Shown here in pieces: positions 1 through 9,605 of a DNA stretch of 64,000 nucleotides (position 1 is its first letter; every line of letters begins with the position of its first letter). This DNA is from a virus. The stretch lies in IMG/VR virus record IMGVR_UViG_3300042453_003033, positions 4,469 through 68,468 of that record. One strand, given 5' to 3'. The translations under genes and the position numbers were made by a program. The notes beneath the pieces were generated by a model that saw only the letters and a list, made by a program, of their open reading frames with translations, was not told the DNA's origin and searched no databases.

Positions 1-1
1 G

Positions 2-442
2 GCAGTACTTGCACTTCACGCATTTGCCGCACTAATGGGAGTAAGTTTTGCCACTATTTTTATTGTATACACACTAGGTAGTATCGTATCCGCCTTTATG
101 GGTGCTGCGGTTCTATTTGGTACCATGAGTTTTTATGGCTATTTCACTAAAAAGGATTTGACTTCTATTGGTCAATTCTTGTTCGTTGGATTGATTGCAA
201 TTGTGATTGCAAGCATTATCAACATTTTCATCGGTAGTTCAATCGTCGCTACTGTAATATCAGCCCTAGCTATCATTATCTTTATGGGTTTGACAGCCTA
301 TGATACTCAACGTATTAGGGAAGAAGTATCAGTAAGTGGCGGCGAAGGCAAAGAAGAAGTTATTGGTGCACTGAGTCTTTATCTGAATTTCATCAATATT
401 TTCTTGAGTTTGCTACAACTTTTCGGCAATAAAAACGATTAA
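2..442 (+). CDS. Bax inhibitor-1/YccA family membrane protein (5' partial)
   Basis: Frame is open from the window edge; multiple TM helices; LTAYDTQRI and GALSLYLNFINIFLSLLQL motifs. Confidence 0.9.
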   Translation, partial: AVLALHAFAALMGVSFATIFIVYTLGSIVSAFMGAAVLFGTMSFYGYFTKKDLTSIGQFLFVGLIAIVIASIINIFIGSSIVATVISALAIIIFMGLTAYDTQRIREEVSVSGGEGKEEVIGALSLYLNFINIFLSLLQLFGNKND

Positions 443-460
443 AAATGCGACCTCGATAAT

Positions 461-489
461 TTGACAAATATTTCTATTTTTGTTATACT
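461..489 (+). promoter_or_regulatory. sigma70-type early promoter
   Basis: TTGACA-17 nt-TATACT with extended TG. Confidence 0.8.
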
Positions 490-518
490 GTGAAAACAGT
501 AAGCAAACAGGATCAGAA

Positions 519-839
519 ATGAACAAGGGTCAAATTATCGAACTGCTCCGCAACAACGACAAGGCTGTTGCACGTGCGTTGGTCGTTCTTCATCAACGTC
601 AAACCAATACTGAACAAAATTGCAAAACTACCATCAATCGCAACGGCGAAGGCTTTCGGCCCTGCCATGCTCGCATGGGCAGCAGCATGGCACAATTCTA
701 CAGCCGCAATGGCTACCTGAGTCCCAAGCAAGTTTCTTACTGGCGTCAATCTCAACGTGACGGTAAGATGCGTATTGAAATCTATGCCTCTCAACTTCTC
801 GAAGTCGCTATGTCCCGTGCTGTTGCACAATCTGTTTAA
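519..839 (+). CDS. hypothetical phage protein
   Basis: ORF; start moved to ATG 519, after AGGA and downstream of the promoter. Confidence 0.7.
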   Translation: MNKGQIIELLRNNDKAVARALVVLHQRQTNTEQNCKTTINRNGEGFRPCHARMGSSMAQFYSRNGYLSPKQVSYWRQSQRDGKMRIEIYASQLLEVAMSRAVAQSV

Positions 840-863
840 TCCTGTTACAATCTAAAAATCATC

Positions 864-1046
864 ATGAGCAAGTCTGTTAGCAAGTCGGTTCAACCTCAAC
901 GTTTTAGCGAACGCCAATTCGCATCTGAGTGGGGCAATGCTGCAAAGCATAGTCGTGGCACTAAGAAGGTACTACGGAACCGTGTTCGTGCAAAAGAAAA
1001 TCAAATGCTACGTAGCGGCAAATTCAATTTTGATTCCGACGAATAA
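864..1046 (+). CDS. small basic hypothetical protein
   Basis: 60-aa ORF in tandem operon layout. Confidence 0.55.
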   Translation: MSKSVSKSVQPQRFSERQFASEWGNAAKHSRGTKKVLRNRVRAKENQMLRSGKFNFDSDE

Positions 1047-1048
1047 CT

Positions 1049-1426
1049 ATGAGTGAAAATATTGAAGAAATCGTAGATACTGGTATTCCATTTCTGAATG
1101 CCATTACTACTCATTATGGAACAGAAACTGGATTTGCTCTTTGGACCAAACTATGTGAGTCCATGCCTACAGAAGTTCGTGATGGAATTTTTCTGGCAAT
1201 GTTGTCGGGGCAATCCCCACGAACTGTCCGTGTTAAAGGTTATTCTGGTAATAACAAAATTGAAAGAATTAAAGCGATTAGAACGGTGTCGGGTCTAGGG
1301 CTAAAAGAGGCCAAAGACCTGGATGATAATATAGTTAATGGTCAAGCGTTTAATTTGACCTATAAGCCTCAATATTCTCGTCGCACTGTTTGTGACACAC
1401 TAAAAATGACAGGTTATGTCCTATGA
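1049..1426 (+). CDS. protein with ribosomal protein L7/L12 C-terminal-like domain
   Basis: NKIERIKAIRTVSGLGLKEAKDL matches the bL12 CTD signature. Confidence 0.75.
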   Translation: MSENIEEIVDTGIPFLNAITTHYGTETGFALWTKLCESMPTEVRDGIFLAMLSGQSPRTVRVKGYSGNNKIERIKAIRTVSGLGLKEAKDLDDNIVNGQAFNLTYKPQYSRRTVCDTLKMTGYVL

Positions 1427-2265
1427 AAATTCAAGTTTGCAGTGATCTTCACTTAGAATTTAGTGATATCAATATCAAGAACGAACACTCGGCTGACGTT
1501 CTTATCCTATCTGGCGACATCATGGTGGCCCAGGATCTCCATGATCACCCTGAGCCAGTAACTAGCCCATATGCGCCATACGTTCAACTTGGACGACGAC
1601 AGGAATCGGCTCAACGTTTTCGTAATTTCTTGCAGCGAGTGTCATTGACATTCTCACATGTTATCTACGTTGCGGGCAATCATGAGTTCTATCATGGCAA
1701 GTTCGTTGATAGCATTCGCGTTCTTCGTGAAGAATGCGCAAAGTTTCCCAACATCTACTTCATGGAAGATGATTACAAGAAAATCGGCGATTTCCTATTC
1801 ATCGGTTGCACCTTGTGGACTGACATGAATCGTGGTGATCCCGTAACACTGTACACTGTTGCCGGTGCAATGAATGACTATCGTGTAATTCGTCATGATG
1901 GTCAGGGTTATACTAAATTGCGACCAGCTCACACAGTAAGCCGACATCGTCACAGCTTGGAATTTATTCGTGACGCGATCAAAAATCATTCAACTGATCG
2001 AGTAATTTTGGTGAATCACATGGCTCCAAGTGTGTTGTCCATTAACGAACGATATAAGAGTGATCGTGTGATGAATGGTGCATATTTTTCTGATCTATCA
2101 GAATTTATTCTAGATCATCCACAAATCGTAATGATCACACATGGACACGTGCATAATCCTTGTGATTACATGATCGGATCAACTAGAGTTGTTTGTAACC
2201 CACGAGGTTATGAGGGATTTGAACCAGACAGTGGTTGGGATCCTAATCTTACAATTGAACTTTAA
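1423..2265 (+). CDS. calcineurin-like metallophosphoesterase
   Basis: SDLH, GD, GNHE, HGHVH and NPRGY motifs. Confidence 0.9.
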   Translation: MKIQVCSDLHLEFSDINIKNEHSADVLILSGDIMVAQDLHDHPEPVTSPYAPYVQLGRRQESAQRFRNFLQRVSLTFSHVIYVAGNHEFYHGKFVDSIRVLREECAKFPNIYFMEDDYKKIGDFLFIGCTLWTDMNRGDPVTLYTVAGAMNDYRVIRHDGQGYTKLRPAHTVSRHRHSLEFIRDAIKNHSTDRVILVNHMAPSVLSINERYKSDRVMNGAYFSDLSEFILDHPQIVMITHGHVHNPCDYMIGSTRVVCNPRGYEGFEPDSGWDPNLTIEL

Positions 2266-2267
2266 CT

Positions 2268-2672
2268 ATGTCAAAAGCAACGCCAGTTTTTTCTGGAAAT
2301 ATACTTCAAAGCAACACTTTTGTATCGTCAAATACGTTAATAACCAATGCTTACAATAACAACGATATTGGCAAGTATGCAACTAATGTTACTTCAACAT
2401 TCACTATAAGAGACGATAATTCAAATGTTTTGGTGAATTTGGATTTACCAAATAAAAGTTTTAATTTGTCCAAAGATTGTGATCTTAAACTAGGTAATAT
2501 CAGTATTCGTACATTTTTAGAACGAATAGAACAACGTCTTGAGATATTACACATTAATCCAGAATTGGAATCACAATGGGATGAACTTAAAGAACTTGGT
2601 GATCGTTACAGGCAACTAGAAAAAGAACTACTAGAAAAAAATAAAGTATGGGATATTCTGAAAAAAACTTAA
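2268..2672 (+). CDS. hypothetical protein
   Basis: ORF with coiled-coil C-terminus. Confidence 0.65.
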   Translation: MSKATPVFSGNILQSNTFVSSNTLITNAYNNNDIGKYATNVTSTFTIRDDNSNVLVNLDLPNKSFNLSKDCDLKLGNISIRTFLERIEQRLEILHINPELESQWDELKELGDRYRQLEKELLEKNKVWDILKKT

Positions 2673-2842
2673 TAAAACTAAAAGTAAAAAGTCCTAAACA
2701 TTTTCATAATGTAATAAATTGGTGTCAATCTCATCTTTCTTCTAAATATACCATATTGCCTGATGATTTTTTGCTTAGCATCTATCGTTTTGAATTTACT
2801 GATGCCAAAGACAGTATGCTATTTAAGTTAAAGTGGAGCTAA
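2648..2842 (+). CDS. hypothetical protein
   Basis: ORF ending FKLKWS, typical of small jumbo-phage proteins. Confidence 0.55.
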   Translation: MGYSEKNLIKLKVKSPKHFHNVINWCQSHLSSKYTILPDDFLLSIYRFEFTDAKDSMLFKLKWS

Positions 2843-2843
2843 C

Positions 2844-3137
2844 ATGTCAAATTACGAAAAGTATTTCCAAAAAGATGCATATAAACCGACCTATCATTTA
2901 GGCGACAGAGTTTTTGGTCATCACAATGGTACACCTTATATCGGATATGTGTATAATGACAGCAGAGTATACGTTGACAGTGAGCCAAGCATTACCGTAC
3001 ATCTTTACCTGCCTATCAAAATTGACGGTAAATTTGTATCTGTCATAAGTACGACACATGACAAAGTTAAATCACTTGTAGATATTGATGAAATAGGAAA
3101 AAAGAAAAAAAATGTTAGAACTACGTTGGTTAAATAA
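2844..3137 (+). CDS. hypothetical protein
   Basis: ORF with GGAG RBS. Confidence 0.6.
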   Translation: MSNYEKYFQKDAYKPTYHLGDRVFGHHNGTPYIGYVYNDSRVYVDSEPSITVHLYLPIKIDGKFVSVISTTHDKVKSLVDIDEIGKKKKNVRTTLVK

Positions 3138-3303
3138 AGGAACATCTAAAGTGTTGCAATACAGAACCATTGAAACGGTAACTGTCAGTGATCATACATA
3201 TTCTGAAGGAGAAGTTTTTCTTCGCACTGAAAAGATTCCTAGTAAATGGAAAAATGTCCCTGAATTTACAGAAGAATCAGTAAATGTCCCAGGATACGAA
3301 TAA
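3112..3303 (+). CDS. hypothetical protein
   Basis: ORF overlapping its neighbours in operon fashion. Confidence 0.55.
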   Translation: MLELRWLNKGTSKVLQYRTIETVTVSDHTYSEGEVFLRTEKIPSKWKNVPEFTEESVNVPGYE

Positions 3304-3697
3304 TTATAAAGAGTCATTTCGCCTAGATGAAGAACTAAAATCAACTGATTGGATCGTTGAAAAAGTTCTTGAAAACGAAAGCTATGCTCAGAATTTATAT
3401 GCAGCATTGTGTAATAATGAATTCATGAAAAATGAAGTTTGGCCAGTACTAAGTGATGCTAAGTGGAGTTGTTCGTGGCGATATGCTGGAGGTATTGTTG
3501 CAGATATTCGCCAGGAAGGAGACTATATCGATTGGTACTGTTCTGGAATGGGCGGACTGAATCAAGAGTATGATGGCAAAGAAACCAACGAACAATGGCA
3601 AATTAGAACCAAATACGTGCCAGAAGGCATAGTAACAGAAGAAATTCGTGAAGACTTGAAAAAACTAAATTGGATAGTTATAACATACAAGGAATAA
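3284..3697 (+). CDS. hypothetical phage protein
   Basis: 137-aa ORF with YAQNLYAALCNN...WSCSWRYAGG motif. Confidence 0.7.
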   Translation: MSQDTNNYKESFRLDEELKSTDWIVEKVLENESYAQNLYAALCNNEFMKNEVWPVLSDAKWSCSWRYAGGIVADIRQEGDYIDWYCSGMGGLNQEYDGKETNEQWQIRTKYVPEGIVTEEIREDLKKLNWIVITYKE

Positions 3698-4548
3698 TGA
3701 TGGCACAAAGAGTACATTATTGGAGTTGTAGCAGATTTGCGGACTGGGTTCGTGGTAAACCTAAAGCAGGCGCACTAACAAGTGAAGGCTGGCGTGATTG
3801 GCGTATTGAAGCCAAAACAGCACACCCAGTGCGTTATTGGATAGCTGAGGAAGCACTAGATAGAATTCAGAATTTTATCTGGTGGCCGTTAGATAAACTA
3901 TACGATCTAAAGTACTATATCAACAATCGGTACATTACTAAGACTCATTGTCTCACCTCTCATCCCAGGGACATCAAACCTGGACAGTGGTGTGATGTTG
4001 GTAATCGCTTTTTACCATGTTTATTCAATGAACTAGTAGATTTTGTTGAAATTGAACAAGCATGGTGGAATATTGCCTGGGACAAAGAAGCAAGAGCAAA
4101 GTATGCTGCACCTTTTTGGTCTAGTGGTTGGTTTCGATGGAGAACTTGGCGCAGTCCAGAAGCAGGACTTGACAGTCTTAAATGGCAAAGCGAACTTGTT
4201 TGGAAAGAAGATGAAGTGGGCGAAAATACTGGCATGATAGGTAAGCCCACTTACCAGGCAGAAAAAGCCCAGGAAATCCTAGCACTATACAAGTGGTGGA
4301 CCGAAGTTTATTCAAATCGTCCAGATGTACATGATGCTAGTGGTTGGACTGAATACTGCAAGCGTAAACGTGAAATCAATGGTGACAAAGATTTAGATTT
4401 TTTCTGCGATGACAAGACACCGAAAGAACTGAAAGAATTTGGAGATTGTGCTCTTAAAAAGAGTCATGAAATCGAAGAAGCATATGAACGAGAAGATGAA
4501 GAAATGATGATTCGTCTTATAAAAATTCGTAATTCACTTTGGACTTAA
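3697..4548 (+). CDS. Trp-rich hypothetical phage protein
   Basis: Long ORF; start moved to ATG 3697 after AAGGA. Confidence 0.75.
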   Translation: MMAQRVHYWSCSRFADWVRGKPKAGALTSEGWRDWRIEAKTAHPVRYWIAEEALDRIQNFIWWPLDKLYDLKYYINNRYITKTHCLTSHPRDIKPGQWCDVGNRFLPCLFNELVDFVEIEQAWWNIAWDKEARAKYAAPFWSSGWFRWRTWRSPEAGLDSLKWQSELVWKEDEVGENTGMIGKPTYQAEKAQEILALYKWWTEVYSNRPDVHDASGWTEYCKRKREINGDKDLDFFCDDKTPKELKEFGDCALKKSHEIEEAYEREDEEMMIRLIKIRNSLWT

Positions 4549-4557
4549 GGAAGTAAA

Positions 4558-4908
4558 ATGGCAGACTTTGTTATTCACACAGTATTATGGTTTGTATTTT
4601 TTTGGGTAGCGCACAAAATTATAGAAGGACATATTCAAACCAAAATTAAGGCAGAAAATGAACTTATTAAAGAAATAATGGATAAGACTCATATTGTAAA
4701 GGCAGAAAATCATGGCGAAATGATATATTGGTTTGAGGTTAATAACGATTCCTTCGTTGCTCAAGGCAAAAATATGTCAGAGTTGATTCAACATTGCAAA
4801 CTAAGGTATCCGCCCACACATCATTTCTTAATAATTGAAGGTGAAAAGGTAATTTTCAAAGTGTCAGCGCCAGATTGGATGCCTGTACCAGTGGATTTGA
4901 AAACTTGA
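4558..4908 (+). CDS. hypothetical protein with N-terminal TM helix
   Basis: ORF with AAGGA RBS and hydrophobic N-terminus. Confidence 0.65.
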   Translation: MADFVIHTVLWFVFFWVAHKIIEGHIQTKIKAENELIKEIMDKTHIVKAENHGEMIYWFEVNNDSFVAQGKNMSELIQHCKLRYPPTHHFLIIEGEKVIFKVSAPDWMPVPVDLKT

Positions 4909-4933
4909 CAAAAAATGGCAAATACGTTATACT
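4905..4933 (+). promoter_or_regulatory. sigma70-type promoter
   Basis: TTGACA-17 nt-TATACT. Confidence 0.8.
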
Positions 4934-4961
4934 TACAACTTAGCTAACTGAGGTAAATTGC

Positions 4962-5342
4962 ATGAGTATGCATCTTGAAGGCGCCTGGCTGTCTACTACT
5001 GGCAAGCGCAAAGGCAAAATTAAATACAAGTCTGCTGAAGCAAAACGGCAGGCAGAACAATTGGCACGCGATTGGGAAACGCTTAAGAACAAGCATAAAA
5101 GCACTCCGACGATCACCAAGTCAGTATCTACAAAGAAACCCGTGAATGTCCCACGAGACAACACAGTATCTGAAACACGACCGCCTAGTCTTGGCAGCTG
5201 GATTACAGGGCCTGTTAGTAGCAAGCCCAGTCAACAATATACTGGTGATAAAGTTAAAGGTATTACCGTCATGCACAAGAGTTGCTTGCAGCCTGTGTTC
5301 TCCAATCAAGAGGCGATTGACGCCGCGCACATGCGTCGATAA
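4962..5342 (+). CDS. basic hypothetical phage protein
   Basis: GAGG RBS; C-terminal YTGDKVKGITVMHKSCLQPVF motif. Confidence 0.7.
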   Translation: MSMHLEGAWLSTTGKRKGKIKYKSAEAKRQAEQLARDWETLKNKHKSTPTITKSVSTKKPVNVPRDNTVSETRPPSLGSWITGPVSSKPSQQYTGDKVKGITVMHKSCLQPVFSNQEAIDAAHMRR

Positions 5343-5375
5343 AACATAAGAAAAGGATTCATTAAAAAGGAATAT

Positions 5376-5594
5376 ATGGCAAAAGAAGAAGGTATGAGAG
5401 TTAATGGCATTGTCGAACAAGTATTAGGCAATGCTATGTTTAGAGTAAAATTAGAAAACAGCGATTTCTTGGTTACCGCCTATGTGGGTGGAAAACTTAG
5501 AAAGAATGAGATTAAAATTATCACGGGTGATCAAGTAGTTCTTGAGATGAGTCCATACGATACCACAAAAGCCAGAATCATGTATCGTGACTAA
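5376..5594 (+). CDS. infA: translation initiation factor IF-1
   Basis: MAKEE...G.V...L.NAMFRVKLEN...GKLRKNEIKII.GD.V..EMSPYD..KARI.YR. Confidence 0.95.
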   Translation: MAKEEGMRVNGIVEQVLGNAMFRVKLENSDFLVTAYVGGKLRKNEIKIITGDQVVLEMSPYDTTKARIMYRD

Positions 5595-5602
5595 ATACAT
5601 AC

Positions 5603-6154
5603 ATGTCCGAACATGTTAAAGAATTAATTCAGTTAGTTGAAAGTAGTGGCAAAGAACTTGTCTTAGAGAAGTTGCCATATAGTAGAACAGCACTATCTCC
5701 AGTTCTGGGTAAATCATCTATTGATTATCATTATGGTGAACTAGCTAAGGGTTATGTAGAAAGATATAACAAAAAAGAAGGTGATCGTAAGTTTAACGAG
5801 GCTGGTGCCTTCTTACATAATATATTTTTCCCACAGTTAATGCCACCAAAAAGTGGCAATAAGCCCAATGGAATCAGTTTATCTGTGATCAACAAAAAGT
5901 ACGGAGATTTTGATAAGTTTAAAAAAGAATTGAAGCAAGAAGCCATGAAAATTCAGGGCTCTGGATGGATATATATGGCTAAGAACGGTGAAATAAAAAC
6001 CATAACGAATCATCAAATAAAAAATGATATTGCACTGTTGATTGATTGGTGGGAGCATGCATGGGCAAAAGACTATGGTGCTAATAAGTCGAAATATCTC
6101 GATAACATATGGAAAATAATAAATTGGGATAAAGTAAACGCTAGAATGTATTAA
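5603..6154 (+). CDS. Fe/Mn superoxide dismutase
   Basis: LPY..TAL.P, HYG, LHNIFF, QGSGW and DWWEHAW motifs. Confidence 0.9.
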   Translation: MSEHVKELIQLVESSGKELVLEKLPYSRTALSPVLGKSSIDYHYGELAKGYVERYNKKEGDRKFNEAGAFLHNIFFPQLMPPKSGNKPNGISLSVINKKYGDFDKFKKELKQEAMKIQGSGWIYMAKNGEIKTITNHQIKNDIALLIDWWEHAWAKDYGANKSKYLDNIWKIINWDKVNARMY

Positions 6155-6161
6155 AATCAAG

Positions 6162-6189
6162 AATGGCAATTTTAGATTGCCATTTTTTT
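6162..6189 (+). terminator. rho-independent terminator
   Basis: AATGGCAAT-tttag-ATTGCCATT followed by a T run. Confidence 0.8.
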
Positions 6190-6228
6190 CGTCTGCCATA
6201 GATAAATAAATAAAAACGAGTTTTATTT

Positions 6229-6996
6229 ATGGCAATATTTTCAAATGTTAATGTAGGTTCTGCACCCAATGACGGTACAGGAGATTCACTACGTACTAGT
6301 TTTACAAAAGTAAACGAAAATTTTCAGGACGTATTGTCAATATGGCCTAATATAAGTCAAAATGAATTGACTGCCAATATTACTAGCACGTACATATCTT
6401 ATTTTAACTTAATAGAAGCAGAAACATTAGACAGTAATGTTTTAACATCTCCTAGTGGAAATATAAACGTATCTAGCACCAATGTTAACATTAGTGGTGG
6501 CAATTTAAATGTATCTGGAACTATTACTACTTCTGGTAATTTAAATGTTTCTACAGTCAATGGTAATATCGTAGGCACAACTGCTACTTTTAGCGGAAAT
6601 ATCAATGGAACATCTTCCAATTTAAAATCTATCAATCATTTCATACGTAGTCCATCCGGTAACAGTATAGGCACAGCTATTAACGGCGGCGGTGATGCAT
6701 ATGAATTTGTAATCAATGAAACAGATTCTGTAGGTTCAACCGTTGCATTTAAAATCAATAATGCAACTAACGTCGCAGGCACACTAAATGCGACCATAAC
6801 GTCAGGGATAGAAAGAACTTACATTATTTTTAATCCTGGTCCAAGTACAAGTAATTTAATACTACCGTTTTATCCTAACAGAACCAATATTAATACTAAT
6901 GTTGTGGCAATTTCTGGCAATACTACTGCTTTCATAATAGTTCGTGCGGTTAGCAATGACATTGGTAATGTATTTGCACAGGTAGCTAACATATAA
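6229..6996 (+). CDS. virion structural protein, baseplate wedge/fibre-connector-like N-terminus
   Basis: NVGSAPNDGTGDSLRTSFTKVNENF resembles the T4 gp9/gp10 N-terminal motif; N/S/T/G-rich beta repeats. Confidence 0.7.
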   Translation: MAIFSNVNVGSAPNDGTGDSLRTSFTKVNENFQDVLSIWPNISQNELTANITSTYISYFNLIEAETLDSNVLTSPSGNINVSSTNVNISGGNLNVSGTITTSGNLNVSTVNGNIVGTTATFSGNINGTSSNLKSINHFIRSPSGNSIGTAINGGGDAYEFVINETDSVGSTVAFKINNATNVAGTLNATITSGIERTYIIFNPGPSTSNLILPFYPNRTNINTNVVAISGNTTAFIIVRAVSNDIGNVFAQVANI

Positions 6997-9605
6997 TGAG
7001 TATTCCAATTTGGCTTACACCAGCTGGTGATCTTGGCATAATCCCAGAAGAAGAATATTATGAATTTAACTTTGATTCGTATGTTGTCGGTGGTGGCACG
7101 CCAATTTATAGTTTAGTTGCGGGACGTTTGCCAAATGGTCTAGAAATAAAATCTGATGGAACAATGGCGGGTATGCCACTTGGAAGCATAGGTGGAGTAC
7201 CTTCAGCGTCAAATAAAATTACAACAAGTACATTTACTTTAAGAATTACTAGCCCATCACTTGAGGTAGCAGATCGAACATTTAGTCTTACAATCGCTGG
7301 AATATTACCACAGATAATTACTCCGGCTTCTGCAAATTTAGGTTCATATATCGATGGCACTTTTATATCAATAGATATCAACACGATTGAATCTAATTCA
7401 TTTCTAACTTCAACGTTCAGTATTATTGATGGTGAATTACCTCCTGGAGTAACTTTAGATTCAACCACTGGTATAATATCTGGCTATATCAGACCTTTTA
7501 TTTCAGATCAAACAGCAGCAAACACTGGTTATGATAACAGTCAGTTTGATGAATATCTTTTTGATTTCACTGGCACCAGCACTAGTAAAAACTATCAATT
7601 TACAATTAAAGCAGATAACGGCATTACTGTAGATACAAAAATATACACAATATATGTATTTGCATTATCAAGTATTACTGCCGATAGTACTTTAATTACC
7701 GCTGACTCTGACTCTTTGATCACTGCTGATTCTGCTGCACCAAAACATACACCCGTTATTTTAGATACTTCAGGATTAATAGGAAGAGTTCGTCAAGACA
7801 CAAATGTAAACATCAAAATAAACGGTATTGATTTTGATGATGATACTATAGATTATGCAATAGCTAGCGGTTCATTGCCGTCTGGACTAACTTTAAACAC
7901 TGCTTCTGGTTGGATTTCTGGATTAGTTCCTAGTGGTTCATTAGGCACGGCAACTTATAATTTTTCAGTAGTAGTTTATAAACGCAATTATCCTATTTAC
8001 GTTAGTTCGCCAAAATCATTTTCAATAAGAGTATTAGGACAAATTAGTAACGACGTTGAATGGATAACTCCAGTTGATCTAGGCACAATTTTTGCAGGAC
8101 AAGTATCAGAACTTTTTGTTGAGGCAGAAACACAAAGTGGTAGATATTTAAATTATCGCCTAGATAATAGTTTTGGCACACTGCCACCTGGATTAAAACT
8201 ACTAGATAATGGATTAATATCTGGTAGAATTACTTTTGATACTTTCATGTTAGACAGTGGTACTACAACATTTGATAGTGGCACCACATTTTTTGATAGA
8301 GTTTATAACTTTACCGTTGCAGTATATGATGCAAATAACTTTGTTTATAGCACACGTACATTTACATTGACAGTCTTAGCGCCAATAATTGAACCATATG
8401 AAAATTTGTATATACAAATACTTCCAGATATTGATCAAAGAAATAGCTATAGTTCTTTAATTGACAATACCGATATTTTTCCACAAGATTATTTGTATAG
8501 ATCAAATGATCCTTGGTTTGGTAAAAATACAACCAGAAGAAGTTTATTCTTAGCCGGATTAAGGCCCAGAGAGGCAGCAATTTATGCTCAGTCAATGACG
8601 TTTAACCATTACTGGAAAACATTACGATTTGGAGATATCAAAACAGCAAGAGCAGTAGACAGTAATTTTAACACCAAATACGAAGTTGTTTATGCTGAAA
8701 TTATCGATGAACAGGTAAATATTGAAGGTCTGGGACCTAATTTAGCAGTGTCACTTCCCACAAATAGTCAAAATATTACTACGATTTATCCAAATAGTTT
8801 TCCGAATATGGAACAACGAATAGTGTCAGGTGTAGGATATTCGAATAGAGGCGTATTACCAGACTGGATGACTAGTAGACAAGAAGATGGTACTGTTCTT
8901 GGATTTAAAAGAGTTTTAATTCTATGTTATACTGTTCCAGGTAAAGGTAAAGAGGTAGCATATCGAGTTAAACAAAACATAAACTTATTAAATCGTGTTG
9001 ATTTTACAATAGATCGTTATCTATGGGATAGTAGTATGAGTGCTAGCTATAACAAAGTGGCCAACACTTTTATATCTAACAACTTTGTTTTAGGCACAGG
9101 AACTATTAATGCAAACACAAACAGCAATATTATTGTAGGCTTAACCTTGACGATTAACGGCGCAGGTACCATTAGCGCACCATTAGGAAATACTATCATA
9201 AATGGAACTGGTACTAGTTTTGCTACTGAATTAAGAGCAGGAAGAGCTTTATTTAGATCCGATACTGGAGAAGAATTAGGCGACATTTTACGAATTATAA
9301 ATTCAGAAACTCTAATAATAGATACACCGTTGGCAAATACATTGTCCGCGGTATCGTACTCATCAATTTCCAGTAAAACCATATTTTCTAACGAAATATA
9401 CGTTAATGACACAATAATAGTAAATACTAATGTCAAAGTCGGAACAGTAAAAAGTATAAACAGTGACTCAAATATTACTCTTTATACTAATGCTCTGGTT
9501 ACCGTGTCGAATGTAAGTTTCCTACACAACTACAGAGAACAATATAAAGAGCCAGGTGATGGAGATAAATACCTTAAGTATCCCCAAGTTGGAGTAATAT
9601 CATAA
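6996..9605 (+). CDS. Ig-like (He_PIG) repeat virion/baseplate protein
   Basis: Repeated G.LP.GL.L...G.ISG units. Confidence 0.7.
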   Translation: MSIPIWLTPAGDLGIIPEEEYYEFNFDSYVVGGGTPIYSLVAGRLPNGLEIKSDGTMAGMPLGSIGGVPSASNKITTSTFTLRITSPSLEVADRTFSLTIAGILPQIITPASANLGSYIDGTFISIDINTIESNSFLTSTFSIIDGELPPGVTLDSTTGIISGYIRPFISDQTAANTGYDNSQFDEYLFDFTGTSTSKNYQFTIKADNGITVDTKIYTIYVFALSSITADSTLITADSDSLITADSAAPKHTPVILDTSGLIGRVRQDTNVNIKINGIDFDDDTIDYAIASGSLPSGLTLNTASGWISGLVPSGSLGTATYNFSVVVYKRNYPIYVSSPKSFSIRVLGQISNDVEWITPVDLGTIFAGQVSELFVEAETQSGRYLNYRLDNSFGTLPPGLKLLDNGLISGRITFDTFMLDSGTTTFDSGTTFFDRVYNFTVAVYDANNFVYSTRTFTLTVLAPIIEPYENLYIQILPDIDQRNSYSSLIDNTDIFPQDYLYRSNDPWFGKNTTRRSLFLAGLRPREAAIYAQSMTFNHYWKTLRFGDIKTARAVDSNFNTKYEVVYAEIIDEQVNIEGLGPNLAVSLPTNSQNITTIYPNSFPNMEQRIVSGVGYSNRGVLPDWMTSRQEDGTVLGFKRVLILCYTVPGKGKEVAYRVKQNINLLNRVDFTIDRYLWDSSMSASYNKVANTFISNNFVLGTGTINANTNSNIIVGLTLTINGAGTISAPLGNTIINGTGTSFATELRAGRALFRSDTGEELGDILRIINSETLIIDTPLANTLSAVSYSSISSKTIFSNEIYVNDTIIVNTNVKVGTVKSINSDSNITLYTNALVTVSNVSFLHNYREQYKEPGDGDKYLKYPQVGVIS

